A program made the position numbers and the translations under genes. A model generated the notes under the pieces. The model searched no databases. It was not told the origin of the DNA and worked only from the letters and a program-made list of their open reading frames with translations. DNA of 64,000 nt from a virus (Duplodnaviria > Caudoviricetes), in the IMG/VR virus record IMGVR_UViG_3300031890_000005, positions 603 to 64,602 of that record; one strand, 5' to 3'. This document shows positions 17,682 to 26,019 of the stretch, piece by piece. Position 1 is the stretch's first letter, and the number at the start of each line of letters is the position of its first letter.

Positions 17682-18194
17682 TTGCCCACCGGGGCACAGA
17701 TCGACCTGACGCCTTTGAAGTCGACGTTCACGCGGAGAGGCCTTCGCTGCAACCGCATGCACACCGACTTCAAAGGCTCAGGCGGAGACAAAGTCCATCA
17801 GGTTATCTGGGTTGTGGGAGACCATCACGGCGCGATCTCGCTAGTGATCATGCTGATGCCGGATATAGACATATTCAGGCAGGGAGTCTACCTGGACCTC
17901 TACAGTCGCATCGGCGACGAGATCTACTTCGGTATCGACATCGGAAGGCATACGCCGCAGCCGCTAGCGGACTATGACAGAGAGTATGGCCCGCACGGTC
18001 CGTGTGTCTTCCTGGACGGCCTGCCGTGCTACTACGACGGTACCGGCATTGGCGCTGCAGACTTGCTCAGGAAGGCCGTCGCGGCAGGCGACGACGACAT
18101 GATCTGGGACGAGCTCATTGAGTACCACAAGGCGTGGATAACAGAGCGTGATGACGAGATCGAGGAGGTGACGAATGGCAACAAAGCAGATTGA
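17682..18194 (+). CDS. Conserved actinophage hypothetical protein
   Basis: C.FLDG.PCYYDG motif; SD GAGGAG. Confidence 0.7.
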   Translation: MPTGAQIDLTPLKSTFTRRGLRCNRMHTDFKGSGGDKVHQVIWVVGDHHGAISLVIMLMPDIDIFRQGVYLDLYSRIGDEIYFGIDIGRHTPQPLADYDREYGPHGPCVFLDGLPCYYDGTGIGAADLLRKAVAAGDDDMIWDELIEYHKAWITERDDEIEEVTNGNKAD

Positions 18195-18441
18195 CTACAA
18201 CATTGTCGCTGCTGACGCGAAGGCGAACGGTAATATCATGGCCGTACTTGAGGTCGATAGAGAGCGTGGAGTGCTTTACGTTCACGACGCGGCGAAGGGC
18301 ATTACAGCCCTGCGCATCTGCGGTTTGGAGACCGGAGGTATGGCTCGACGTGACCTATGGAAAGGTACCGGTCCGGTGCTGCCGATTGACATCACGATCA
18401 GCGATGGCAGCGCAACAGTTAGCTATGGAGGTGCTCAATGA
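18175..18441 (+). CDS. Hypothetical protein
   Basis: SD GAGGAGGTGA. Confidence 0.75.
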   Translation: MATKQIDYNIVAADAKANGNIMAVLEVDRERGVLYVHDAAKGITALRICGLETGGMARRDLWKGTGPVLPIDITISDGSATVSYGGAQ

Positions 18442-18653
18442 GACGCGAAGACGACCCCTACAGGAATGTTCCGTCTGACATCCTGGATGAGGTCCGTAAA
18501 AAGGAGCACGACAGAACCTCGGCGGACGATGGCATACTGGGCGGCCTCGTCAGTGACAAAAGGTCGACGCCGAAGCCGGAGCGGATAAAGCCCGCACGGC
18601 ACAACACGCCTAGACGTGTCTCCGACATCAGGTCGGGACATAACTACACGTAA
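18438..18653 (+). CDS. Hypothetical protein
   Basis: ATGA coupling, SD GGAGGTG. Confidence 0.65.
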   Translation: MRREDDPYRNVPSDILDEVRKKEHDRTSADDGILGGLVSDKRSTPKPERIKPARHNTPRRVSDIRSGHNYT

Positions 18654-18661
18654 GGAGCGCA

Positions 18662-19483
18662 ATGACAGAAGTACACGAGACGATGATCCACCTGGATCGG
18701 ATCGTCAGGAATCCGCACAACCCTCGCAGGGAAGTGGGCGATGTTACGGAGCTAGCCAAGTCGATCCAGGAGCTGGGGCTACTTCAGTCCCTGCTTGTAA
18801 GGCCGATCGCTAGCGGGAAGTACATGCTGGAAGCCGGCGAGCGTCGATGGACCGCAATGCGGCTCGGGACTAACATGACCGAGGCACCTTGCAGGGTTCT
18901 CGAAACGCCCGAAGGCATGCAGCCAGGGCAGCATTCACTGCTGGTAGGCCTAGTCGAGAACACACACCGGCAGGACCTCAACCCGATCGAGCGAGCCATA
19001 GGGTACGGCAAGTTGCGTGACGAGTACGGCATGACACAGCAACAGATCGCCCAGGCTCAAGGCATCACGGATGCGACCGTCAACCACTATATGGCGCTTC
19101 TCGAGCTGGACTTCAAGTCTCAGGAGCGGGTCATACGAGGATCGGTCACTGTCAATGATGCCGTTAAGGCGGTCCGAGCGCACCGTCAGCAGCGGCGCAA
19201 GAAGGAAGGCAAGAAGCCGGCAACCGTCTTCTGGGAGGCAGACTGGTTCACCGCATCCCACCCGCTGGCGCGCAAGGCGGCAACGATATGCGACGCTCGT
19301 CAGCACACTCGCAGGCGGCGCCTTGGCAAGAAGCATCAATACGCAGGCGCGTGCGGCGAGTGCTGGGAGACCGCAATCCGACAGGACCAGGACGTCGTAG
19401 GCGCCCTCAAGGGGGAAGTCGGAGGCGATGCCGCGGCGCGAATCCTAACGGGCATGGCAGAAAGGGGTAACAGCAGGACATGA
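18662..19483 (+). CDS. ParB/Sulfiredoxin-like nuclease domain protein with HTH
   Basis: NPHNPRR...ELAKSIQELGLLQSLLVRP...LEAGERRWTA...LVENTHRQDLNPIERA...MTQQQIAQAQG. Confidence 0.85.
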   Translation: MTEVHETMIHLDRIVRNPHNPRREVGDVTELAKSIQELGLLQSLLVRPIASGKYMLEAGERRWTAMRLGTNMTEAPCRVLETPEGMQPGQHSLLVGLVENTHRQDLNPIERAIGYGKLRDEYGMTQQQIAQAQGITDATVNHYMALLELDFKSQERVIRGSVTVNDAVKAVRAHRQQRRKKEGKKPATVFWEADWFTASHPLARKAATICDARQHTRRRRLGKKHQYAGACGECWETAIRQDQDVVGALKGEVGGDAAARILTGMAERGNSRT

Positions 19484-19496
19484 CCGAGTTCGAGAC

Positions 19497-19889
19497 ATGA
19501 ATATCCAGTACGGGCGAGCCTGGCGTAAGGGACCGACCGGTCTAGAGACAGGGCTAGGAAACCCACCACAGATCGTCAACATAGCTCACGGTCAGGAAGA
19601 GATCTGGCAGCTTATCGGTTTCCTGCAAAGGGAATGGCCCGACCTCTTCAGGAAGTGGCTAGAGAACCATCCCGAGGCTCATCCTGTCCTGGCTAAGATA
19701 CCGGAGCGAGTCGTCGTTCACTGGGCAGAGAAGGTCTGGAAGGTACCGTCGAGGACTCGCAAAGGACACGTGCATACCGTGACTCGGGTCAGGGGTAGGT
19801 ACTCTTGCGACTGTGAGGCCTTCATGTTCGGCAAGACCTGCTGGGCAATGGACAAGATAGCCAGAGAGGAGGCAACTGAAGGGAGGTGA
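19497..19889 (+). CDS. SWIM-type zinc-finger protein
   Basis: WKVPSRT..G..HTV....YSCDCEAFMFGKTCWA (CxC...C; the usual His is Ala). Confidence 0.6.
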   Translation: MNIQYGRAWRKGPTGLETGLGNPPQIVNIAHGQEEIWQLIGFLQREWPDLFRKWLENHPEAHPVLAKIPERVVVHWAEKVWKVPSRTRKGHVHTVTRVRGRYSCDCEAFMFGKTCWAMDKIAREEATEGR

Positions 19890-19895
19890 GAACCC

Positions 19896-20051
19896 ATAGG
19901 CGGTATCAAACGTCGGAAGCAGCTGAAGCGGCTCGAACGTCGCCAGGATGCATACGACGAGCATGGCAAGAACCCTCAAGCGCCGAACAACCCGTCGAAC
20001 GACAGGGGCCGAGGGCACGACATGCACCGTCCGGGTAGCAACAAGAAGTGA
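19896..20051 (+). CDS. Small basic protein with apparent ATA start (not in ORF track)
   Basis: GGGAGGTGA SD 6 nt before ATA; 51-codon frame IGGIKRRKQLKRLERRQDAYD...MHRPGSNKK. Confidence 0.55.
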   Translation: MGGIKRRKQLKRLERRQDAYDEHGKNPQAPNNPSNDRGRGHDMHRPGSNKK

Positions 20052-20077
20052 GCGACCCATAACCGAAAGGAATTACC

Positions 20078-20305
20078 ATGACCGAACATACACTGAGCCG
20101 ACAGGCTCCTCTAGGCCGTCCGCCCAAGTACCCCTGGAGTACCTGGACGGATGGCCAAGAGCACACGATCGAGTACGGCATCGACTTCGGATCTATGCCT
20201 GACTCCATGGCAGTCCTGCTACGGAAGCACGCTAAGAACCATGGCCTCGACGTCTCAGTCAGCGTGACTGGCGACTTCGTGACCTTCCAGTTCGATGCTG
20301 CTTGA
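20078..20305 (+). CDS. Small putative DNA-binding protein
   Basis: GRPPKYPWSTW.DG...YG.DF motif; SD AAGGA. Confidence 0.65.
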   Translation: MTEHTLSRQAPLGRPPKYPWSTWTDGQEHTIEYGIDFGSMPDSMAVLLRKHAKNHGLDVSVSVTGDFVTFQFDAA

Positions 20306-20873
20306 TGCGAGGTACACGGATCGCGACGTCCGCGAGTCCGAGAATCTCTATCTACTAGCCGTAAGGTTCCTGAAGGCATACCGAGGCGACTTCGAGTTCC
20401 TTGTCAGGGCCAGAAACCATCTCGACGATACTGGTGCACTGCCCATCGCAACAGCCCGTGGGGTCCTGAACTGTATGCGTTCAGACCCCATGGCCGCGAT
20501 GTTGCTTCCGCAGACGCCTACAGGAAGGTACCTTGACGACGTACCGCACTCTGGTTCAGGCGACGACTTCTATCACCGGCGGCAAGCAGCCAACGGGCAC
20601 AAGAGAAGGCCAGCGCACATAGATCTGCCAAGCAAGTGGCACGTCATGTATGTGTTGTCAACTTGGCCAACCGCGCAGGTATATCACGTGCTGAGGCCTG
20701 AGCTATCACACATACGCTGGTACCCGCATCAGAGCCAGTTCGGCTATGACATTCAGCTCTGGTGCGGCTATCCATTCGGATGGTCCTACAGCAGCAAGTA
20801 CATCATGACTAACGACCAACGAGGCAGACGCATCTGCAGGGGATGTGAACGGAGGATGCAAGCCTACGCCTGA
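20295..20873 (+). CDS. Hypothetical protein (C-terminal Cys motif)
   Basis: Operon packing; WCG...ICRGC. Confidence 0.7.
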   Translation: MLLDARYTDRDVRESENLYLLAVRFLKAYRGDFEFLVRARNHLDDTGALPIATARGVLNCMRSDPMAAMLLPQTPTGRYLDDVPHSGSGDDFYHRRQAANGHKRRPAHIDLPSKWHVMYVLSTWPTAQVYHVLRPELSHIRWYPHQSQFGYDIQLWCGYPFGWSYSSKYIMTNDQRGRRICRGCERRMQAYA

Positions 20874-20916
20874 CACATGAAATCTCGCCGCCAGCAGAGG
20901 AAAGGAAGGAGCCTCC

Positions 20917-21150
20917 GTGCCCATCTGGAGGAGACGACAACCACAGTACGTAGAGCGCATCCCCGCCGCGAGTGCACCGAATCGGAATCACCGCTGGCAC
21001 AAGATCCAGAATCCTGAATGGACGGTATGCAATATACCCATTCACGAACGCTGGCATAAGACAGTAGACCCACCGCCTGATGGTGCAATCCTCTGCCACT
21101 GGTGCTGGCCTGGAACAGGCCATCAAAAACTCTCCAAGGGGGTCAACTAG
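20917..21150 (+). CDS. Small Zn-binding hypothetical protein
   Basis: H...C...CxxC; SD AAGGAG. Confidence 0.6.
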   Translation: MPIWRRRQPQYVERIPAASAPNRNHRWHKIQNPEWTVCNIPIHERWHKTVDPPPDGAILCHWCWPGTGHQKLSKGVN

Positions 21151-21177
21151 AAAACCTACCTGTGCCTATGATATAAT
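21147..21177 (+). promoter_or_regulatory. Conserved phage promoter
   Basis: CTAGAA starts 25 nt before TATAAT; TGATATAATAGA. Confidence 0.75.
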
Positions 21178-21203
21178 AGATATAGAACCATGGAGGTTCT
21201 AGC

Positions 21204-21479
21204 ATGTCCGACGATGCCGATGATAATCATGTGTATGAGACAATGCTCATCGAACTCGGACCGAAGGTCATGGGCTGCTTTGACAGCTCACAGATCAGAG
21301 TCAGGACCAGAGCGGGAGCGGCGTTAATCATTACTGACATAAGGAGGCGATATGGGTCACCGAGAAGCCGCAAGGAGGACCCTCGCGACGTACAACTTCC
21401 TGACTGGTATGTCAGTCGTATCAGGGACCGTCGTCGTCGCGAGCGCATACGCCTTGTATACTCATCATCACGCAATTAA
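21204..21479 (+). CDS. Hypothetical protein
   Basis: SD GGAGG after promoter; overlaps the next gene by 128 nt. Confidence 0.5.
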   Translation: MSDDADDNHVYETMLIELGPKVMGCFDSSQIRVRTRAGAALIITDIRRRYGSPRSRKEDPRDVQLPDWYVSRIRDRRRRERIRLVYSSSRN

Positions 21480-21657
21480 AGTGCTAGGCATCGCCATTGG
21501 GGCGACCTGGATACTCGTGAACGCCCGAAGGGCTATAGGCAGACGCATGAAGTATCACTTCGACCGCGTGAACATGACCGGCCTGATCGCCAACTGGGGC
21601 AAGATGTCCAAACGCAGCCGTCGTGAGCGAGCGGCTCGGATCATAGGAAAACACTGA
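21352..21657 (+). CDS. Two-TM membrane protein
   Basis: SD AAGGAGG; two hydrophobic segments, basic tail. Confidence 0.65.
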   Translation: MGHREAARRTLATYNFLTGMSVVSGTVVVASAYALYTHHHAIKVLGIAIGATWILVNARRAIGRRMKYHFDRVNMTGLIANWGKMSKRSRRERAARIIGKH

Positions 21658-21833
21658 TGGACAACGACTGGTATGAGGCCGTCGGAGACGCATTGCATAT
21701 GCTTGGCAAGCGATGGTACGACGATGTCACTGCAGAAGAGGACGCATTCATACTGGCCTATGCAGATGAGGTAGCAGAGAGACCAGAACACGAGAAAGAA
21801 TTCCCACACGAGAAAGAATTCCCACATGCTTGA
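21657..21833 (+). CDS. Hypothetical 58-aa acidic protein (not in ORF track)
   Basis: TGATG coupling; ends HEKEFPHEKEFPHA. Confidence 0.6.
   Translation: MDNDWYEAVGDALHMLGKRWYDDVTAEEDAFILAYADEVAERPEHEKEFPHEKEFPHA
21789..21824. repeat. Perfect 18-bp tandem duplication
   Basis: CACGAGAAAGAATTCCCA twice. Confidence 0.9.
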
Positions 21834-21867
21834 CGACAAGGTCCCAGCAGGGTTCAGGAGGTAATGC

Positions 21868-22128
21868 GTGGTCAAACCTAGCATCAATGAGGAGCGACTC
21901 AGGAGGTCATACTATTGGTACTGCCTTACCTGTGCAGACTACAGTATGTACCATATCGATACCAACACAACAGCGATCAGACATATAGAGCGTCACCCGA
22001 CGCATGAGGTCATCGGCATAGGCACGATGGTCTCCAAGTTCTCTGCAGACAACAATCCCGCTTACGAAGACGTTCAGCTCCCTCCCATGCCTGAAGAAAC
22101 CGACCCTTACCTTACCTCTCCGGAGTAA
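21868..22128 (+). CDS. Small Zn-binding hypothetical protein
   Basis: WYCLTC...H...H.H; SD AGGAGG. Confidence 0.65.
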   Translation: MVKPSINEERLRRSYYWYCLTCADYSMYHIDTNTTAIRHIERHPTHEVIGIGTMVSKFSADNNPAYEDVQLPPMPEETDPYLTSPE

Positions 22129-22130
22129 CA

Positions 22131-22862
22131 ATGCCCTCTGACCCAAAGCCCTTCCCTGCCGATATTTCAGGCCAGTCAATGGAGTGGCTCTGGAACGCAT
22201 GTGACCAGAACCAAGCCAAGTTTAACAGGGCCAGCGTTGCTATGCAAGAGCTCATAGCCATGGAGGCCACCTGGACCGATCAAGAGCCAGAAGGCGACGT
22301 CTGGCGCTACCGGCCATACCCGCTCGGCAAGTTCGGACAGCTCCTCACTATGGCCAGAAGGCTATGGGAGGAGTACCATACCATTATGGCCTCGTTCCTC
22401 GAGGTCGGCTGCGGTCCAGGTACCAAGTGCGTCTTCGCTCAGGAGTTCCTCTGGGTGGAGTCTACCGGTTTTGACACCTCCGAGAAGTACATCAACGCCG
22501 CCGAAGAGCTCGCTACAGCTCGCTCCGTCGACTGTGAATTCTTTATCGAGGACGCCGAGCAGTATGACCTGTACAACGAGCACAGCATTATCTTCAACAA
22601 CCGGGTCTTCAGAGACCTCGACCGACAGGCCAAGTTGGACCAAAAAATCTATGAGGCAATGGAGCCTGGTACGTTTCTTATCAACGGTAACCAGGTCACC
22701 CAGCCTCCTGGCTGGCGCCTGATCGCTCAGGACGTAGCGGCCATGCTATGGCAGAAGACCTGCCGCTGCGAAGGCATGGAAGAGCTCCTCATCTCCGAGG
22801 ACGAGGCATACCTGACATGTACGGTCTGTGCTCGCAACTTCTCGGTTGGTCCGCCCGGTTAA
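22131..22862 (+). CDS. Class I SAM-dependent methyltransferase with C-terminal Zn ribbon
   Basis: FLEVGCGPG (motif I), GFD (motif II), IEDA, IIFNN; C-terminal CxC...CxxC. Confidence 0.85.
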   Translation: MPSDPKPFPADISGQSMEWLWNACDQNQAKFNRASVAMQELIAMEATWTDQEPEGDVWRYRPYPLGKFGQLLTMARRLWEEYHTIMASFLEVGCGPGTKCVFAQEFLWVESTGFDTSEKYINAAEELATARSVDCEFFIEDAEQYDLYNEHSIIFNNRVFRDLDRQAKLDQKIYEAMEPGTFLINGNQVTQPPGWRLIAQDVAAMLWQKTCRCEGMEELLISEDEAYLTCTVCARNFSVGPPG

Positions 22863-22888
22863 TTCCAATAACCTTCCAACGGGTATGC

Positions 22889-22920
22889 CCTACCTTCTCA
22901 TCTAGGTTCTGTTATATAAT
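22889..22920 (+). promoter_or_regulatory. Conserved phage promoter
   Basis: CCTAC-N8-CTAGG then CTGTTATATAAT. Confidence 0.75.
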
Positions 22921-22961
22921 GAAATAGATGACAACCGAGATCCGACGGAAAGGGCGGACCC

Positions 22962-23438
22962 ATGACGGAAGAGACACAGACTCAGACTCAGGAGCAAGAG
23001 GCTCCCAAGCCACAACGGAAGCACAAGGTACCTCAGGGCTGGATCACTCCAGTAGAGGCAACCCACATGCTGGTCGACGGGGGGCTTGCCAAGTCGACCC
23101 TGAACAGTGCCCAGCTGTATATCCTCAGCCGGAACGCCACATCGAACGGCATGCCGGTGGCTCACTTCGACCGCGAAGGCAAGCGGTACGAAGAGCGTCA
23201 GGTCGATCCGGTTACGGGGCAGGCAACCACTCGCCCAGCCCTTCACTGGGATGGCATCGAGGGCGAGGACGGCATCGGCTCATTCAAGGACTGGTGGGTC
23301 AACCGGCCCAAGCGGCAGCCAGGGCAGCAGAAGCCAGCTACTCCGGAGGCTCAGGCTCAGGACATCGTCGATGAGTCTGTCGAGGAGGCCGAAGCGGAGG
23401 AACTCGGCGGCGACGAGGAGCTGCAGGAAGCCGAATAA
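22962..23438 (+). CDS. Hypothetical protein with acidic tail; core resembles 11578-12366
   Basis: TP.EA...QLYILSRN; E-rich C-terminus. Confidence 0.75.
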   Translation: MTEETQTQTQEQEAPKPQRKHKVPQGWITPVEATHMLVDGGLAKSTLNSAQLYILSRNATSNGMPVAHFDREGKRYEERQVDPVTGQATTRPALHWDGIEGEDGIGSFKDWWVNRPKRQPGQQKPATPEAQAQDIVDESVEEAEAEELGGDEELQEAE

Positions 23439-23630
23439 CCGACAGGGAAGCATGCAATGGTTACTGCTGCAAGTACGGGAGCGGGTCTCCAGCACAACCG
23501 ACGTTCCCGGAAAGCATACGGGGCATGCGAGCAGGTAGGGGTTAGGCCTGAGGCGTGGGCGAGCGGTTCCGATCTGGTACTTCGCGCGCCGCTCGTCCAC
23601 CCACCCTCCCGTGGGAGGAGGTGAACAACA

Positions 23631-23978
23631 ATGACTGAGCTCTACAAGCAGTGCGTACGAGTTTACGACCAGATGACCTCAAGTGTTCTTGGTCCTGTAT
23701 ACAAAGGGTACTTGACGTATCTGTTCGAGGAACTCGGGCTGGGCGTGAGTAGATACACTCCCGTAATGCGGCGGCTTGTAGCGATGGGCTGCGTGCGGCA
23801 AATCGCCGCTGGCGGGCGTGGCAGCATGTCGCAATGGGAGCTCATTATGCGCCCTACCGAAGAACTATACGCGCAGGCGACTAGTCGTCGTCGGCGTAGC
23901 CGTATAACAGAGCTCGAGGCTCGGGTGGAGGAACTAGAGGCATGGCGTCTCTCACAAACCGAGACTGCGGCGAGCTAG
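23631..23978 (+). CDS. Putative winged-helix DNA-binding protein with coiled-coil tail
   Basis: LFEELGLGVSRYTPVMRRLVAMGCVRQI helix-turn-helix plus wing; ITELEARVEELE. Confidence 0.6.
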   Translation: MTELYKQCVRVYDQMTSSVLGPVYKGYLTYLFEELGLGVSRYTPVMRRLVAMGCVRQIAAGGRGSMSQWELIMRPTEELYAQATSRRRRSRITELEARVEELEAWRLSQTETAAS

Positions 23979-24142
23979 TTGCTCAGATCCATGAGATCGA
24001 TTCGACGGACTTGATCGGCTGGATCGTGCTCGCCATTACCAATGACGGTCAGACACGAGTTATGACTAACGCGACATCACAAGAGCAGCTTCAAGACGCC
24101 CTCAAGGCGGCCGCAGCTGCAGAGATGGAGCGCATGACGTGA
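23942..24142 (+). CDS. Hypothetical protein
   Basis: Operon packing. Confidence 0.65.
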   Translation: MASLTNRDCGELVAQIHEIDSTDLIGWIVLAITNDGQTRVMTNATSQEQLQDALKAAAAAEMERMT

Positions 24143-25617
24143 CTGTGGAGCTCCGATCGTTCCAGAGACAACTCGTTGACAAACTTGGCACGCCCAAGAT
24201 TACCGCACGCCTTATAGGCGATGACTGCGGCTTGGGTAAGACCTATGAAGGCTCAGCAATCGACAAGGCGCTCCGAGCCGGAACGGATACCCTACATACA
24301 AACGGTCGGTTCCGGGTGACCCTGATCGTCTGCCCACGTAGTGTGTTCGAGAAGTGGCGCGACGTCCTCTTGGAGTTCATGCCGCACGCCAAGATCATGA
24401 TCATCAACCGGAAGGATCGTCATCCGTTCGTTCGGGCTGCCGTAAGCGGTACACACTCACATCTCATCTGTCACTACGAGGCCATGCGCCTCATGCCAGA
24501 GCTCAAGAAGGTCCGCTTCTTTCACATCCTCTTGGACGAGACGCATCGCATCAAGAACCGGAAGACGCAACAGACGAGAGCGGTCAAGCAACTGAAGACC
24601 ACATACAAGACGTCTATGTCTGGGACGCCTGCTGATGACAAGCCCGAAGATGTATGGTCAACTCTGAACTTCCTGTACCCGGGAACGTTCCGAGGGTACT
24701 GGCCGTTCGTAAACGCCGTCTGTCAAGTCACGACCGAAACGATCGGTCAGAGCCAGAAGACGTTCAAGAAGGTCGACGGGATGAAAAAGGTCCTCGATCG
24801 GCGAGGCGAGCCGACAGAGGAACTCGATCCGGTCGCGCTTAAGCGTTTTCATGCAATGATCGAGCCGTTCTATATGCGACGACTCAAGGAGGACGTTCTC
24901 GACGACCTGCCCGAGAAGTACTACAGCCAGATGTACGTTGACCTGTCGCCTACACAGCAGAAGGTCTATGACCAACTAGTACGCGACATGCTGGCATGGA
25001 TCGGTGAGCATGAAGACGAGCCCCTCTCGGTCCCAGTAGTCATTGCCCAGCTAGTAAGGCTGCAGCAGTGCTCACTCGGCCATCTGGAGTGGTACGAGCC
25101 GCGACCGGGAGTTGAGAAGATCCGTATCACGGAGCCGTCATCGAAGCTCGACGAGCTGTTCCACTTCATCAAGGACGAAGGCCTCTGTCAACGCGGACGC
25201 AACGGAGCTATCAACCCGATCGTGCAGTTCAGTAACAGCGTCTCGTATACACAGCTAGTTACTAGGCGGCTTACAGCTGAGGGCCTACGCGTCGCCGAGA
25301 TGACGGGTGCGACTCCTGACTGGAAGCGCGACGAGCTCCAACGCGACTTTCAGAACGGCCAGTACGACATATGGGCTGGGACGATCAAGACAGGCGGGGA
25401 GAGCATCGACCTGTTCAGGGCAAGCACAGTAACCTTCTCGGACCGAGCCTGGAACCCGAGCAAGAACACCCAAGCTGAAGACCGGCTCCATCGCATGGGC
25501 CAGAAGAACGCAGTACACGTCGTCGACTTCATGGCCCGCGATACGGTCGATCTTCGTGTCCGCGCTACAAACATTCGGAAGTGGAGCAACCTGAAAGCGA
25601 TGTTCGGCGACAGATGA
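24139..25617 (+). CDS. SNF2-family (SF2) DNA helicase
   Basis: GDDCGLGKT (Walker A), LLDETH (Walker B), SGTP, GGESIDL, QAEDRLHRMGQ. Confidence 0.92.
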   Translation: MTVELRSFQRQLVDKLGTPKITARLIGDDCGLGKTYEGSAIDKALRAGTDTLHTNGRFRVTLIVCPRSVFEKWRDVLLEFMPHAKIMIINRKDRHPFVRAAVSGTHSHLICHYEAMRLMPELKKVRFFHILLDETHRIKNRKTQQTRAVKQLKTTYKTSMSGTPADDKPEDVWSTLNFLYPGTFRGYWPFVNAVCQVTTETIGQSQKTFKKVDGMKKVLDRRGEPTEELDPVALKRFHAMIEPFYMRRLKEDVLDDLPEKYYSQMYVDLSPTQQKVYDQLVRDMLAWIGEHEDEPLSVPVVIAQLVRLQQCSLGHLEWYEPRPGVEKIRITEPSSKLDELFHFIKDEGLCQRGRNGAINPIVQFSNSVSYTQLVTRRLTAEGLRVAEMTGATPDWKRDELQRDFQNGQYDIWAGTIKTGGESIDLFRASTVTFSDRAWNPSKNTQAEDRLHRMGQKNAVHVVDFMARDTVDLRVRATNIRKWSNLKAMFGDR

Positions 25618-25638
25618 GCCCCCATTTGGAGATGCCTA

Positions 25639-26019
25639 ATGCCTGATATGACTGGCGCGATCAACATCACCCCCGAGGTCGACCTAGCCGATCCCGAGCC
25701 GCTAAGCAGGCGCATGCTGGCAGCAATCGCGCCACACGTTCCTAAGCGCCCAGTCGGGCTCGAGGTCGTCGGCATGGACGTGCACTACAGCACCTTCATG
25801 GTCAACGGAGCTATTATGACCGGCTACGCATTCCTCCTGACGGTCAAGGGCGCCCTGATCGGTACGCAGTACCACATCACGAACGCTCACATCCTGGCGC
25901 CTGCGGTACCGGACGCGAAGACAGCGCAGGAAGCGGTTCACATTAGCACGGCGAAGCTGCGCGAGGCCAAGGTGGCTCAAGCGCGACAAGTCATGGGAGG
26001 GCCAAACAGCAATGGCTAA
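25639..26019 (+). CDS. Hypothetical protein
   Basis: Operon packing. Confidence 0.7.
   Translation: MPDMTGAINITPEVDLADPEPLSRRMLAAIAPHVPKRPVGLEVVGMDVHYSTFMVNGAIMTGYAFLLTVKGALIGTQYHITNAHILAPAVPDAKTAQEAVHISTAKLREAKVAQARQVMGGPNSNG

Noticed and set aside
21193-21215. GAGGTTCTAGC matches the 5' part of the preQ1-I riboswitch consensus
   Set aside because: No complementary P1 strand or A-rich 3' tail; it is simply the SD and spacer of ATG 21204, far from the que genes.
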